A DNA stretch of 64,000 bases from Kudoa neothunni. Taxonomy: Eukaryota; Animalia; Cnidaria. How positions within the stretch are numbered: position 1 is the stretch's first letter; the number at the start of each line of letters is the position of its first letter. Below the pieces are notes generated by a model, which did not search any database, was not told the DNA's origin, and saw only the letters and a list, made by a program, of their open reading frames with translations. Positions 26,699-40,296 of the stretch are shown in pieces. Both the position numbers and the translations under genes were made by a program. The stretch spans positions 7,417,635 through 7,481,634 of the forward strand of contig OZ199840.1 of assembly GCA_964304625.1 (NCBI GenBank), in the 5' to 3' direction.

Positions 26699-29600
26699 CC
26701 TTCTAAATAGCTTGCAAAGTTACACCTTCCAAATAAGATTCGGGTGTATTTCGACCCCACATTTTTTTATGTTTGCATAATAAATATAAATTAAACTGTT
26801 TATACAAGTTTTAAGCAATATCCATCGACAAAGTGTTGTAAAAAAAGTGTAATAAATTTACTAACACGTGTCACATATGCGCGGTCAACGGGGATTTTAA
26901 GTTTTTGATGATTTAATTATATCTAGAATAAGGAAAAGCCAGTGCATGCGCTTAAAATTTTATTTATTATTAATTTCTAATATTTTAAACAGTTATAAAA
27001 TTATTAAACAAATTTTATCTCGATGTAAATGAGACAACATGTTAAATAACAGAAGTAATATCATAAACAATTCAAACAAACAGTTTTAGAACGTTTTCTA
27101 CAGCATGACGCGTTCAAACTTCGACATTTTTCTGAGGTTTTACGATATTTTTGTCTTTTACACAATTGATACCTTTGAATCGAATTTTTCGGAACGTTAT
27201 TCACAAGCATGCTATGCTAGCTGAAATGTCTCCTTTTCTTCGCGTTTTTAAATAATTTCTCCTGCTTATATTGGCTTGACGAAATATTTCTTTATAAACT
27301 GAAAACCGATTTATCAATGAAATATCAACTCCCCCCTTTGTAGAGTTTAATGGACTATTTTACATCAGGTTTGTAGGACACTTCTTCGGAATCGTCGGTA
27401 TTAGTTGCAGAGGTGCACAACGTATACATAGGTTTGTTTCTCTTGGAAAGTACCTTAAAATCATCTTTTTACAATCAAACACAAAAAGAGAAGAATTGAC
27501 AGGACTATTTTTCAGTGGTCTTACAGTATTTCACGACCAATATGCAAGCATGGCGCATATCCATTAAAATTTAAAAAAAGTTATGTAACGATGAAATAAC
27601 AGAGAATGTTATAAATATTAATAATATATATTTTTAATTTCTAATTATTAATTCCTTCCTTATGTAAGGAAGCCCATAAATAAGATTTTGAATGTTTCAC
27701 ATAATTCGCACAATTCGTTTCTGTTACTTCTTCTTGGCTTTTTCTGATACATTTGAATCGCTCTGAATGCGTGTTAGGTCCCATCCATCTTACAATTAGG
27801 GCTTCAAAAATTCGAGGGTATAAGGATTATCCTCTATTTCGACGAGATTAAGTCGATGTATTAACAAGATTGTGTATTTCGTTCACAGTGGATTTTTGTA
27901 ATCAATTATTATATTTTTTTAAATATCAGCTAAACTACAATATCTGTGTACGAACTTCAGGCGGTGTCGTATACAAACTCGGAAATAAAGTCGTTTCCAA
28001 CAATTCGTCCTGTTAATCCACTTCTTTTTCTAAAGTGTTTTCATTTTTGTTCTTATCACAAAAAATTACATTATTTAGTTAAATTCATATCAAAAAGAAT
28101 AACCTGTAAACTGGAAATAAATCTTAAGTGGAGCACATTCGGATTCACGTGGAATCTCTATGTCGTTGATAAATACATCAACGAATTTATTATTTCTCTA
28201 TAATTTTAACAAATTCGAAGTCGTTAATTGTTCACATAATTTTTGTTATATGTTTCTGTTAGTAATAAGTTTGTAAATGTTCAATTTAGACTTCGTATTT
28301 AAAAACAGAACTTTCTGATTTATTCCATATAAAATTGGAAGAAGGATATTTCAATCTAACTATAGCTTAACTTAATGTGGTTTTTAGTTTATAATTTTTT
28401 TCGTGTAGTTTATTCATGATTAAAAAAATGTTATAACAATATTTGTTCCAAAATTCACACATTGTGACGGATTTGCATATGTTATTTAACATTGCAATAT
28501 AATAAACAATGGATAATCCATCTAAGCGGCATTTTATCTGTTATCATCATAAACAGTGTGTTTTTCTACAGCGCTACATTAAATTAATAACAAACATGGA
28601 AATTTTTGATTTATTTTATTAAGTTATCTTTTTATTTATATCCGTTAAGTAACTAAAAACAACAATAATAAAAAATGATTGTTTCATAAAAATTAACTTT
28701 GAAGTAAAGTAATCGTCACAAATCAAAATATACGATTTTTAAGTTTTTTAAATAAAATCCAATATGGATGTTAAACAGTCAAAACACTTGTTGAATTATT
28801 TATCTCAACAATATAAAAATAATGTAAACCCCCAAATAAACATTTTTTACCTAGTTTTGGAATATAAAGTGAAATATTACGTCATATTTTATAATCTACT
28901 TCAATATCTTTGTGTGGTTGAATGTTTCAAGCGTTTTAACCTAATATAATTAATTTACTGAGATGTATTATCTATCAAAATGTTTGTAAAAACTAGTAAC
29001 AACCACAAGACATTGGAATCATGAAATCCCTATTCAAATCCTTAATAATTCTCATTTCAACACATAATCACCCTCGATTTTTTAAAGACCTATTCACAAT
29101 GGATTTAAGTTGTCCAAATACCTTCTCAATTGGATTAAGGAAAGGCGAATAAGGAGGTAGCAGCAAAAATTTAAGGGGACTGCTTTCAAACAATGTCTTT
29201 ACACTTTCAATTTTGTGGAATGCAACGTTATCCATTATTAAAATGGTTTTTTATATTGAAATTACTTCCTAATTTTCGAAAAGATCCGTTAAAAATCAGG
29301 AAAAACAAATCCGTTCACACCGCTTGTGTGAATTTTGAATCCCAAATCTTTCGCAGCTCATGGCTTCTATTAACGTAATATTTTGGGATCTAATAGATTT
29401 TACTTTTAAGTTTGCTCTAGTTCCCGTAAATTATCTGCCTTGAGAATGTCGAATTGACAGAGAGAACCTTGATTCGTCAATGAATAGAATTTCAGGACAT
29501 TCTGGTTCCAGGCGGATGTATTCGTTCACATAACTAAGAAAATCACAAGCGAATTATAAAAATTAATTTTATACTCGTATCTTAATGAAATAATTCGAAG

Positions 29601-31396
29601 GGAATTTCTGTCCATTGGAATTAATGATATTTTTTCAGGATATAGTGAAATTCATTCAGAACCCTGAAGATTGTTTGTAGAGAAACCAGAATGGAGTATT
29701 TTTCGAACACCTTTTCAGATAATTGTTTAAGAGATAGCGTACAATTGTCATCCACCTCGTTGAGAATAAATTGTTTTTGATCAGCGTTTAATAATGAATG
29801 GCGATCTCCACCTGTTGTTAGTCTTTCTCCTGGTCCCCTTTCATTTATCTTTTTGACAATTCTACTTATAGTAGATTCGTGAATGCCTAAAGACTCAGAT
29901 ATTTGACGGTTGGTCTTCCTATTCTGAATGGCTTTAGAAATTATATCAAAATATTAATACTTGGAGTTGTTGGGAAAATCTTTCCCCTATCTTTTTTATT
30001 TACAATTTCGTATTTTCTTGTGATTTTATTAATAATTTCTGATTCAACAGGCATATCTGAATCTTAATTTTTAAAAAATGACTAGCGCGCGCCATGTTTG
30101 CATATTTGTAGTGAGATACTGTAAATATGGCTGAATTTCCCTTTTATTAAATATTGATGTATCAAGTAAGATTAGTTTTTTCTTAGCAGTTCGTCAGCAG
30201 GTTACACCGACGTGAAAAAGTTATTACAAACCAAATTTCGAACAGAACCATGTAGTAGGCTATATAACTTCAATATTATGTTTTTTCCGACGTTTTTTGC
30301 CTTTCTATCTAATTAGTTCTGCTTTCCCAAATCGACGTCGATATTTATACATAGGTTGATCTAGGATCAACTGCGAGAAAAAACTTCATATTTGGCTGGT
30401 TTGCTAGGCACGTATTGCTTAAATGGGCGGAAACTACGTGTAAGCAAATCACTCCAAATAGTCCAGACGTCCCGAATATGGCAAAATTTATCAGACTCCT
30501 TTCTCAGCTCTCGAGTTGCCTGATCATCAAAATGGAGAGTCCTTGTAATTTGCCTGAATCTATTAAGACAAAAAAGATCTCTATAAATCTGTCGGCCTTC
30601 GTCAACTCCAAATAACTCCAAAATGGGTTCCTGTTGGTCTTTATGGATAGCTATAACAACTGGCATCCAATATAACCTTCAAATTAGGTTTCATCTCAAT
30701 TATTCCAACTACTGCCAAAGTGATTAATGATTAGCACCAAATATATTTGTAAATTTTAGGATTAGATCGTAAATTTCTTGATTCAAAAATGACTGGAAAG
30801 TATCACCTAAATTAGTCACTCTCAATAAAGCGAAAAATGACACACCAGGACGATTGTTCAAAATATTTTCTGACCCAGTTGTTGAAATTATAGGTTTATT
30901 AACTGACCATAAAGTTCCATTTTTGTCAAAAAAAGAATCGGTGGCCAATTCAACGTCATAATCAGATGTATCAGATGAGAGTTCATGAAAAAGTGAACTT
31001 TTAGCATCGAGATCATCAAAATCGGAGCAACTATCGAAGTAATCAGAACTCATAGTTTATAGGGTGGCGCACATGCAATATAATGTGGTCACTAATATAT
31101 TATTATTCAGTCAATGTTTTATCGATTAAATTTCCTTAAACCTCAAATATAAATATTATTTCTTACAGTTTTACCAAAAAAGCCTGGGATCGATTTATAT
31201 CCCACTTTTATTTAGATGTTTTTGATTTAATTTTTTTCATTTTTAAAATACAAATACTTTATTACATTTTTACAAAGATCTCTATAATATAAAAGATTAC
31301 ATAAAGTCAAAATCAAATTAACCTGACCATTTATGTTTAAAAAATGACCTTATAGCAGCCGTGGGGTCGAAAATACATCCTATTTTATTTAGAAGG
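26699..31396 (-). mobile_element. piggyBac transposon, interrupted by a Tc1-like element
   Basis: TTAA at both ends (26695-26698, 31397-31400), TIR ccttctaaata and subterminal inverted gtatt(t)tcgaccccac. Transposase pieces 30724..31053 and 30367..30666 (LHFDD, QYVPSKPAKY), with KGGVD near 27330. Confidence 0.9.
27524..30121 (-). mobile_element. Tc1/IS630-like transposon (2.6 kb), degenerate transposase at about 28950-30054
   Basis: About 33-bp TIRs cagtat(t/c)tcac(g/t)ac(c/a)aatatgcaa(g/a)catggcgc flanked by TA. Motifs ILFIDES and LPPYSPFLNPIEKVFGQLK on the minus strand. Confidence 0.9.
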
Positions 31397-34322
31397 TTAA
31401 AAAGAAATTAAATATAATTTTAACATTAGTTTAATTCAAAAAATTCTTGACGAAAAACAAAAATTTGGGAACGAAAGGAAAAACTTGAATTATTGATCTA
31501 TCCCCAATTTTATTAAAATATTTTCTGTGTAAATTAATTATGTAGTTCTTTCGTTTAAAAATATCTATTAAATATTTTAAATCATTATTACATGAATTTT
31601 GTTAGAAATTATTAAATTCTAACAAAATATAGACGATGGCGCGTAATATTTCAAAATTAAACATTTAATGAAATTTGTTGAATTTTTATCTATGCATAGG
31701 TAAATATTTGAGAGTGAAATCCTTAAAAAATTTCTGAGGGAAAAATGTTCTTGTAATAATCGAAATATTTTTATTACATAAAATCTTTATTTTCGTTAAT
31801 TATTATGTTTACTACAACAAAGAATTAACAAAGAGAACTTTTGACATAATAGAATGCGAGATTAACGCAAAATCCTACTTTTTTATAAATAAAATAGACA
31901 TTAAAATAATATTTAATGAGTTTTTGTAGTTTCTTTTTATCAATAAGTTCACATAATTCTGACAAGTATCTGAAAAAGCAACACGCATATAAGCGATTTC
32001 GTGACTTCCTTTATGGTGACCAGCACGGAAATCTAGTTTCTCAATAAAAGTTTTTGTAAAAGGAGTAATCAATCTAACTGCATACTCTGCAACTTTAATA
32101 AATATATTTTGATAATTTTTAATTCTAATCAAATAACCTATTGAATAACTTTCGTTTTATAGATTTTTTTATAAAATATATTATAACAAGAAAATTTGGG
32201 AATAAATACAAAATATCTATAAAAAACCATAGCGCAAGGTATATTTTAAATTTTTAATAGTTACGCTAACGTTCAAAAATACCTAATTACAATGAATGTA
32301 TTATTATAAAATTGAATTAAGATTTTATTTAAATCATTCACGGATCCCAGGTTAAGAACCTTTGCTTTAGAGCTTGGCACTATAAAATTTTTGGTTCCAC
32401 AGAAATAAAATGTTTCCATTGTAGTATATTTAATTCCAAAACTATCTTATTTGTTCAAAACTAATAAAAATATGCGGTTCATGATGACTTTACCAAACCA
32501 AATCCCTAAGAGGTTTCAGTCATCAAAATAAGGGTAAGAGAATAAGCATTATAATAAAGATAAGCATAGTTAAAATCCTAAAAGCGATATATTTAGACTA
32601 GAAAAATAATAATATTTTTTTATTTTATATTAATAAAATGGTATTTATGTATGGCGACACGTTAATAGATTCTATCTATTACAATGAGGGGTTATTATTG
32701 CCGGAAACCTAATTAAATATTCTCATCCACATTTTGAGGTAAAGATCACCTCAGCCCTATTTCGTAAACTCTTAAGACGAGGGCATTGCGACATCAAACT
32801 ATTGTATCATTTTAGATGAATACCCGTCAACTCAAATGTTTAATCCAATCCTCTCCCATAAGACAACTTTGGCTGCACATGTAGCACATTTAAAGATGAA
32901 TCTCAAATTTTACAACAGCTATTATTAAGGAATACAGAAAAACTAAGGCAGAAGTAGTGAATTGACCTGAAACAGGAATTAATTTGGAATTTTTGAGGTC
33001 GAGGTTTGATAACAACTTTTCATGTGGAATTTGTTCTTTAATGTTACGTAATCTAGCATCACACAATTACTTAAACCAGAGATCTCCAAAGCGGTCGATA
33101 ATTACACTTCTGTCGAAAGGAGGTCGATACGTGTTATAGAGATTCCACAGAATTTTCTGGGCGTATAACGTAATGCCTCCCACCTTTCTACTCCATACTA
33201 AATTATTTAATTATATTAATTAAAAGTACTCCATAACATTTGTTAGTTATATTTTGGTCAAAATAAATTTCCAGTTTTCCAAATTATATCATTCAATTCC
33301 TTTTATTTATGTAGAGGCATATTTAACAGCTCTTAAAAAAATAACGAATACGTTAGCGTTGAAATTTTCTCCAAATTAAATGATCACTAGTATTGATTGT
33401 TATCAACAGTATGTATAACAATAAAGATAGTTTACATTAAGTTTATAATTGCCTAGGGAAGATAAGTCATATTTTTAAAAGTAGTTTGAGTAAAAATTAC
33501 AAAGGCTACGAAAATAATTAAAATAATCTGAAATTGTCGTTCCAATCGCAGTGGACACTTCGAAAACGCTACAAGCGATCTCAAATTATGGAACATTATC
33601 TTAAGATAAAGACATTCTTATTAACTTCAAGAGACAACCATGAGCAAATATTAACTTTCCTATATATATGACGTAACGTAATCTTAAAATTTGCCGTTGT
33701 ACTTAATTTGTGCAAAAGTATGTAACTATAATCATATACAAACGACCCAACTTGGGAGGTCTAATGAGTATAACGATTATGATGAAAAACATAATCGTTG
33801 CGGTAAATTTTCTAATACAGTTATTTTTGCTGTATGACTTGATTATATACACATGTGTAAATTTATAATTATTAAGATTTTTCTGATACATTTTGATACA
33901 ACATAGTTAGTAAATATTTTTCCGATTAGTATAATGTTGAATTTTATTTTATATTGGAAATACAATATTAATGGGATATATTGCAGATATTTGTACTTGT
34001 CATAGTCAAAAAGCTGAGAATACTTTAATATTTTTAATTACAACTCTGGAAAGGGTCGACGAAAATAAAGTTTGGAGATCCCTGACTTAAACCTATACGT
34101 GAGCTGAGTCCTGCTTATGGCATGATTATATCTTTCATAGTTTCATCTGAATCTACGCGAGTCCTACCAATGGGACTTATGTAATATTAAAGTAAATCCA
34201 ACTTTCTAAATAATTTGATAATTTATAGAGATAAGCAATATTAGAGAATGTTTTAGAGGTAAACAGTGTAAATAACAGTAAATTTTAATGGTTAATCGGT
34301 TCATTTAGTATCAACTGGGCGT

Positions 34323-35165
34323 TCAATGGTTACACAAAAACCTAGAAGTACAGTATGAGTGAGCGTTGATTCCAGTTTCGGTATTTAGCAGTTCCAACCT
34401 CCGCACCAAATGGCTACCTAAGTTTAAAAAGTATTTGCACTAAACAAATATTATTTGAACCAATTATGTATAGTACCGTAAAGTCATCCAACAGATTTGT
34501 AGCTGTGCCACAAATATTATTCTGAAAATGAAGATTTGTAAAAAGCAATGTAAGCCTCATCCTTTCAGACATAAGTGCGTTTACAAATCTCTTAATTATT
34601 TATAATTACAAGAACATTAGCAATAGATCGGTACCTGACAGAATAAACAACTAGGACCGTTTCCCACATAGATAGCTTTACAAGATTTATCCAAAATAAC
34701 ATCAATAAAAATCATTTATACTTTTGTGGGGTTCGCATTCAGTTGTTTTTTCACAATTGCTTATCGCCCTTAATTTTTTATGGGAATTCTCCATTAAACT
34801 TTTGTAAAAGGAGTTCAAAACTGGGCACTAAATAAAAGTTAACGTACTCTTCAATCAATTCAACTTACGGTATATGGTAATTTTTGGCATATACTCTTGG
34901 CAATCTTCAAGAAGTCATTAGGTACAGTGTGTGTGTAGTTCGATGAACGAATTGCGTTGGAGATTGTATCATGATACTAAAATTTGTCAAAATACAACGA
35001 TAAAAATTTGCTGTTACCTTTTGTGTAGATAAATCGACCAGTTGTTTATTGCAACACATTAAAATGATTGAAAACTTAATTTATCTATGATGAGACAAAT
35101 TTCAAGTATCGGAATTAACTAACAAGCAGGATTGGAATACGACACTTAGACGAATAAGTCAGCAT
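34323..35165 (-). CDS. Saposin-like (SAPLIP) protein, array copy 4, 7 exons
   Basis: MLTYSSKCRIPILL/FSIILMCCNKQLVDLSTQK/YHDTISNAIRSSNYTHTVPNDFLKIAKSICQKLPYT/CPVLNSFYKSLMENSHKKLRAISNCEKTTECEPHK/TIYVGNGPSCLFCQ/RFVNALMSERMRLTLLFTNLHFQNNICGTATNLLDDFT/CKYFLNLGSHLVRRLELLNTETGINAHSYCTSRFLCNH*. Confidence 0.9.
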
Positions 35166-35410
35166 AATTTGAATATTTCTTCCAAAACGATATATATACA
35201 ATCATAAATTGAATATAAGGATTATGAGATTCGAATGAACATTATGATAAATATGTGTGATGAATTACCGAATAGATACTCTTATATATATATATATATA
35301 CCAGCGATTGGAACCCCTATCTAGTTTATTTATTCGGCCTATTCTTTTGCGATTGTTACCATAACTACTATAATATTCATATTAGTAGATAATTTTGTTG
35401 ATAGAAAATA
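34550..35410 (+). repeat. About 860-bp near-identical direct repeat, copy 1 (other copy 40991-41858)
   Basis: By eye only two substitutions plus a difference in the (TA)n tract. Confidence 0.93.
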
Positions 35411-35651
35411 AATCATCTTATTATAATGCCAATATTATACAGTTGCGTTAGTTGTCATTTTTTGGCGTAGAGAACGATGTGACCGAAATTATGGGGAACA
35501 ATTAATTAAAATAATTTGGATATTTCCAGTCAATTATGGCTATAATTTATGATAATAATTTATATTTTTATTTCCATAGCATTAATGTAGATAATTCTAA
35601 AATTGTGTCACATTAATTAGTTTTATGGATCATGATATTATCATTATAGTA

Positions 35652-37186
35652 CAGCCGAACTCCGTTTATCCGAATATATTGGGACCTGACATTTTCCTTT
35701 CGAATACCGAAATTTCGGTTTATCGAAGTTCTATTAATGCGCATGTGCGGCGGAAAAATTGTTAGGTTGGTTACCTACTTTATTTTTCATTATTCAATGT
35801 TTGTTTTATATTTTTAAAGAAAACTCTACTATATATATAAGTTATACTAATTAATACAATGCGAAAACATTAGTTTAAGGCATAGTAGTTCTAGACCCAA
35901 CGCAGTCTGCACACGCATGCTACCGATATGTGCGACCTTAACGCCGGTGCGCCATACTACAACAATACATTCTAGATTATAAAAAATGGGATATTATTAT
36001 TAATTTTTTATAATTTCCTCACTATTTAGATATTTTGAGTTGTACTAATAATGATGGTAAGAATAGTAAAGTAACAGTGACGAGTATTTTCCCTGAATTC
36101 TCCATTACGATATTTAGAATTTCCTCATTAATTAAAATATGTCATATTCCAATAATTTAATATTGATTAATGATTGTTAAGATTCAATAAGACTTAAAAG
36201 TGGAAGTGTCATGGGATAAAACTGGTGTATGAACTTTATTGAATTGAGTCAATTCCATGGATAAATCGGCGTTATGAAGTCACTGCCAGTTCGCAATTAA
36301 ACAATCCAACAAATTCCATTTTTATATTTTATTACACATGAAAAAATATAAGGGAGTTTGTCTTTACCCAACATTTATTCGTTCATCATGAACACGGAGC
36401 CGTGGACAGATAGCACATTGGTGTGACACTCGGACTCAAAACCTTGAGGTAATGGGTTCGATTCCGCCGGTGGTCAGACTCTGCTTCCGTGTCGGTGGGT
36501 GTCTATCCCATATTTGGGAGCTGTGGTTAAAGTGTACGCTCGCTGTTGAGTGGAATGCGCTGGCAGCCAGATTTGCGTGAAGTGGGTGAACGTAAATAGG
36601 AGTTTGAATCTCTGGAACCCATCGAAAGACAAAGTAATTTGCAGTTCCTACAGAGCCAACGTCCTTAAAGGGATAGGGTTCGGGGTGGTGGTCGCCCTGA
36701 GACGAGAGGATGTTTAGTGGGTTAAAGTCCCGCACTACCGCATAAAGATAAGTGACGGAGTTTCATGTTACGTCCTGCGGTGCCTAAAGCCTTAATGGAA
36801 GAGGTCTGGCCAACCAGAGTTCCACAACCTAATAAGTTGCGCCAGGGGTTTTACCTTGTAAAAAAAATCATGAACACGGTTGCATTTTGAACATAAAATA
36901 CTATATTATCTACGTTACACTATTTCTATTAATCCAACATAAACTCAAATTTAATAAATAACGAACATATGTGCCAACAAGATAAATGTAGGTCCCATTT
37001 TAGCCGAGCACTAATCCAGACTTAAAGGCATTTTTAGCCGAAAACTCCAGCAAAAAGTTGTTTCGGATTGCGGTTGCTGAAATTTCGGTTAAATGAAATT
37101 TTTTTATTTAGAATCTACATCATTTTCGAATAAATTTTAAAAAATCATTCGGATAGCGCGATTTTCGGATAAACGAGGTTCGACTG
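35652..37186. mobile_element. Non-autonomous pogo/Tigger-like element containing a SINE
   Basis: TIRs cagccgaactccgtttatccgaa / revcomp cagtcgaacctcgtttatccgaa with TA TSD. The paralogous empty site is near 42095. Confidence 0.85.
36398..36866 (+). mobile_element. tRNA-derived SINE, copy 1
   Basis: Pol III A box TAGCACATTGG, B box GGTTCGATTCC, A-rich tail, 13-bp TSD atcatgaacacgg. Confidence 0.92.
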
Positions 37187-37378
37187 TATATGTGAATCCT
37201 CACCAATGGTTAAATTTATAGTCACCCCAATCAGATTTCCTAATCCGTAAATTAAGTTAAAAGTACTTATGTAAGTTATAAACTTTAAATTATAATAAAA
37301 TTCGAATTATTGAAATAAATGTTTTGATTAACGAAAATAAATAACATAATGACTAATTTCTCTTTAAATCAGCTAGAA

Positions 37379-40296
37379 TAGTGATTCAAGACCTTATTGG
37401 CTTCATTCGACCCACAGAGACATTACGATATTTTGAACCAACCTCTCCTTGTTATTATAATATTTTAAGCACGTGTTTTGATAACACAAATCCATAAGAC
37501 TTATAGATAAAAAATATATTTTTACGCGTAGTAAGCATAGTATTAAATGTCGAAAATAATAAATTTCGGTGTATCTATGGACAAATTATTATTACGTACA
37601 TTAACAAGTGTTGATACATATTGAACTTAAACTTACGTGTACAGAAAAAATTTGGCATACGTTTCATAAAAAAATTAAAATTTATTATTTTCAGAGACAA
37701 AAATCTCTTATTAGACTTAAAATGTTAATTTTTACAATATTCATTTAACAATACATAAAATTTTATAACGGTAATGTCATACCGGGATCGATAGAATCAC
37801 CTAGCTCTATCTGATAAACTTTGACAAAAAAATAATTTCTTTACGAAACGACGATAATATTAGATCGTCGAACAATTATAATTCGTTCATGGAGCTTCTC
37901 TATAATCTTTTTCCAGAAAATAATCAGTCAAAATTCCGTAACAAGACGAATAATCAAATATATATTTTCTTTATTTAAATTAGTAAGTTACCAAGTTACC
38001 TCGGTTTTTAATGAAACTGTTACTTATATTTATTGTGAAAATAACAATTCCTAATTTATATGTAATATTTATGCAATGGTAATGTTAAATTTAAAGTAAC
38101 ATTTTTAACCATGGAAGAAAACCAAAGTTATTTAGTTCCTACGTTTATTGGCAAATTTTTAATACCTATAACCTCTATTCAGCAAAATACAAAATTAATA
38201 ATTAAGCATCGCTAAGAGAGTATTGATTCCTACACAATAACGCAGATTAAAACAACAATATAAAATACAAATCGATCTGAAAAATACCTCTGTTTTTCAT
38301 TAAATATTTTTGAAATTCTAGGATCAAATCTAGTCAATGCCAATTATATGTCGTCGTCACAATAAAATATTTTAGTTGTTTTATTTTAATATCAATTTAG
38401 ATCGAAAATAATTATTCACGCAGATATGTTGACACAAATGAGATAATTAGATAAATGGCCGCCTTTGCACAAAACGGGTTATTCATGTCTTTATTAAATC
38501 AAAAGTTGACGATTTTCATGTGTTGAATTATTGTTGTTATAGTTTGTTTTGTTGCAGATTAGTTCTTTCATACAAATATATAACATTTATATATGCTGAC
38601 AAAACAGAAAACAAGAATAGTTGATTGAGCCATGCTGGATACGACAAGTCTTCTGAGAAATTGTTTTCAAGCGAATTTTTTATTCACCTAAATGCAAAAT
38701 AATTGATTTTTTAAATTCATCCGATATAGAAACATCTATGAACTCATAAGTCTCATCATATTTTCTTATACTGATATCCAACAACGGAAAATTCTCAAAG
38801 TTATCGTTTCTTACCCTGAGTTTTTATGAAATTAATTTTTGAAGAACAGCTAGCATTTTTACCTTCGATTCGATTATATAAACATCATGCCCTTGCATTT
38901 CAAGGATGAACTAGTTGAGGATTCAGAAAATATAAGTCATATATATCAATGTAACAATAAAATGTTCATCGTAAAAATAAGGTCAGTTTCACGCATAATG
39001 TAGAAGCACGATTTAGTCCCTTACCTTTAGAAAGCCAATGAATATCAATATGATAACGGAGTATCACAAAATCCTAGTCCAACATTCATATAAATATTAA
39101 AAATCCTATGAATTAAAGCACATTTTCGCGCATAGTCCACTCATTCTATCACAATTTGCGATACTTATGCAAGTTTCGGTTGGAAGGTTTTTGATGTCAA
39201 TGTATACCTATGAAGGATATACTATTACAGTGAGATGAAATGTATCAACTTTCATTAGCATTCCAAAAAAAGAGGTTCGCCTTTACATGCCGGAAACACC
39301 ATTTGTACATATAGCAAACAGTACATCCCATGTAACAATACGCTCTTGGAAGAAACCATCTACATTTTTAATTGGGAGCCTTTATAGTCCTCCTGAGAAG
39401 CTTACAAAACAAAATTTCTTCTTTCATTGAATTTTTGTGTAAATATCTAACAAATACAACTAGCTGACTGATATTAGTAACATCCGTAGTTTCAATAAAT
39501 TGGAGGCTAAATTCAGATGAGCTTGAACTCAGATACCCCATTATTCGCGAAAATATATCACTGCTAATATCCACAATTTTGCTACGTACAATTTTATCAG
39601 AAAGTGAAATTCGGGAAGACTTAGTTTCATAATGAAATACAAAACTTCGTATATGTCAGTAAAATGGGGTTGCCAACTGACATAAACCCTGATCAATTGA
39701 ACTTTGTTATAGTCAAATTTTATTCTTTTAACTTTAAAACTGACGATCGTTAAATTTTTGTATTGATCATTTACATTATTGTCTAAAAAATGAACTCATA
39801 ATTTTGCAGGAACAAGGCTAGAAATATTTATTACAGCATTACGTCACATACATTGTGGATGCTGACTTCCATCATCATTGGTTACTACAGAGAAACCATA
39901 TACACCATAGTCGCCTGACTACTTTCTCCTGCATATTTATTATTATTATTATTAGCAATTTTAAACAAAAAAGAGGAGTATGTCATAGTTGATGCAGTTA
40001 TACTTGAAAGGTGACAACGCTTTAAGTTTCTTGCACTGAGGAGTGCTGGATTCGTCATGGTAAAAACTTCATAGACAGTAACGAGTTGTCCAATTTTTAA
40101 TTATTATCAAATATAGCCAAAAATTAATTGTTGTATATAGTTTTTAATTATAATGATTATCTTTGTAGTTAAATAAAAATTGGAAACATTTTTTAATATT
40201 CTTGGGTCTGCGGTATACGTTAGAATGAAAAATAGGAAATTTTCATGTCCCTCGAACCTTGACACTAACCCACCGAACTCCGATTGAGAATAATTG
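37379..40296 (-). mobile_element. Degenerate hAT (Buster/ZBED5-like) transposon; ends approximate
   Basis: ORF 39368..39574 FSLQFIETTDVTNISQLVVFVRY...EEILFC. Further remnants lie between about 38600 and 39930. Confidence 0.7.

Larger units (their letters stand above)
26547..32364. mobile_element. Internally deleted hAT element, outer layer of a nested insertion
   Basis: Termini cagcggttcttaa / ttaagaacctttg, subterminal c(g/a)cgga(c/t)ccc, near-TSD cttcggag / ctttagag. ORF 31875..32132 resembles the hAT C-terminal dimerisation region (AEYAVRLITPFTKT). Confidence 0.65.

Noticed and set aside
36399-36477. tRNA-like sequence as a functional tRNA gene
   Set aside because: The acceptor stem pairs poorly, and it is the head of a repeated 470-bp element with tail and TSD, so it is a SINE.
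36436-36735. ORFs 36436..36735 and 59959..60237 as protein genes
   Set aside because: Antisense frames within SINE copies.
36700-36790. Possible hammerhead ribozyme (ctgagacgag) in the SINE body
   Set aside because: I could not assemble a CUGANGA...GAAA core with the required stems.
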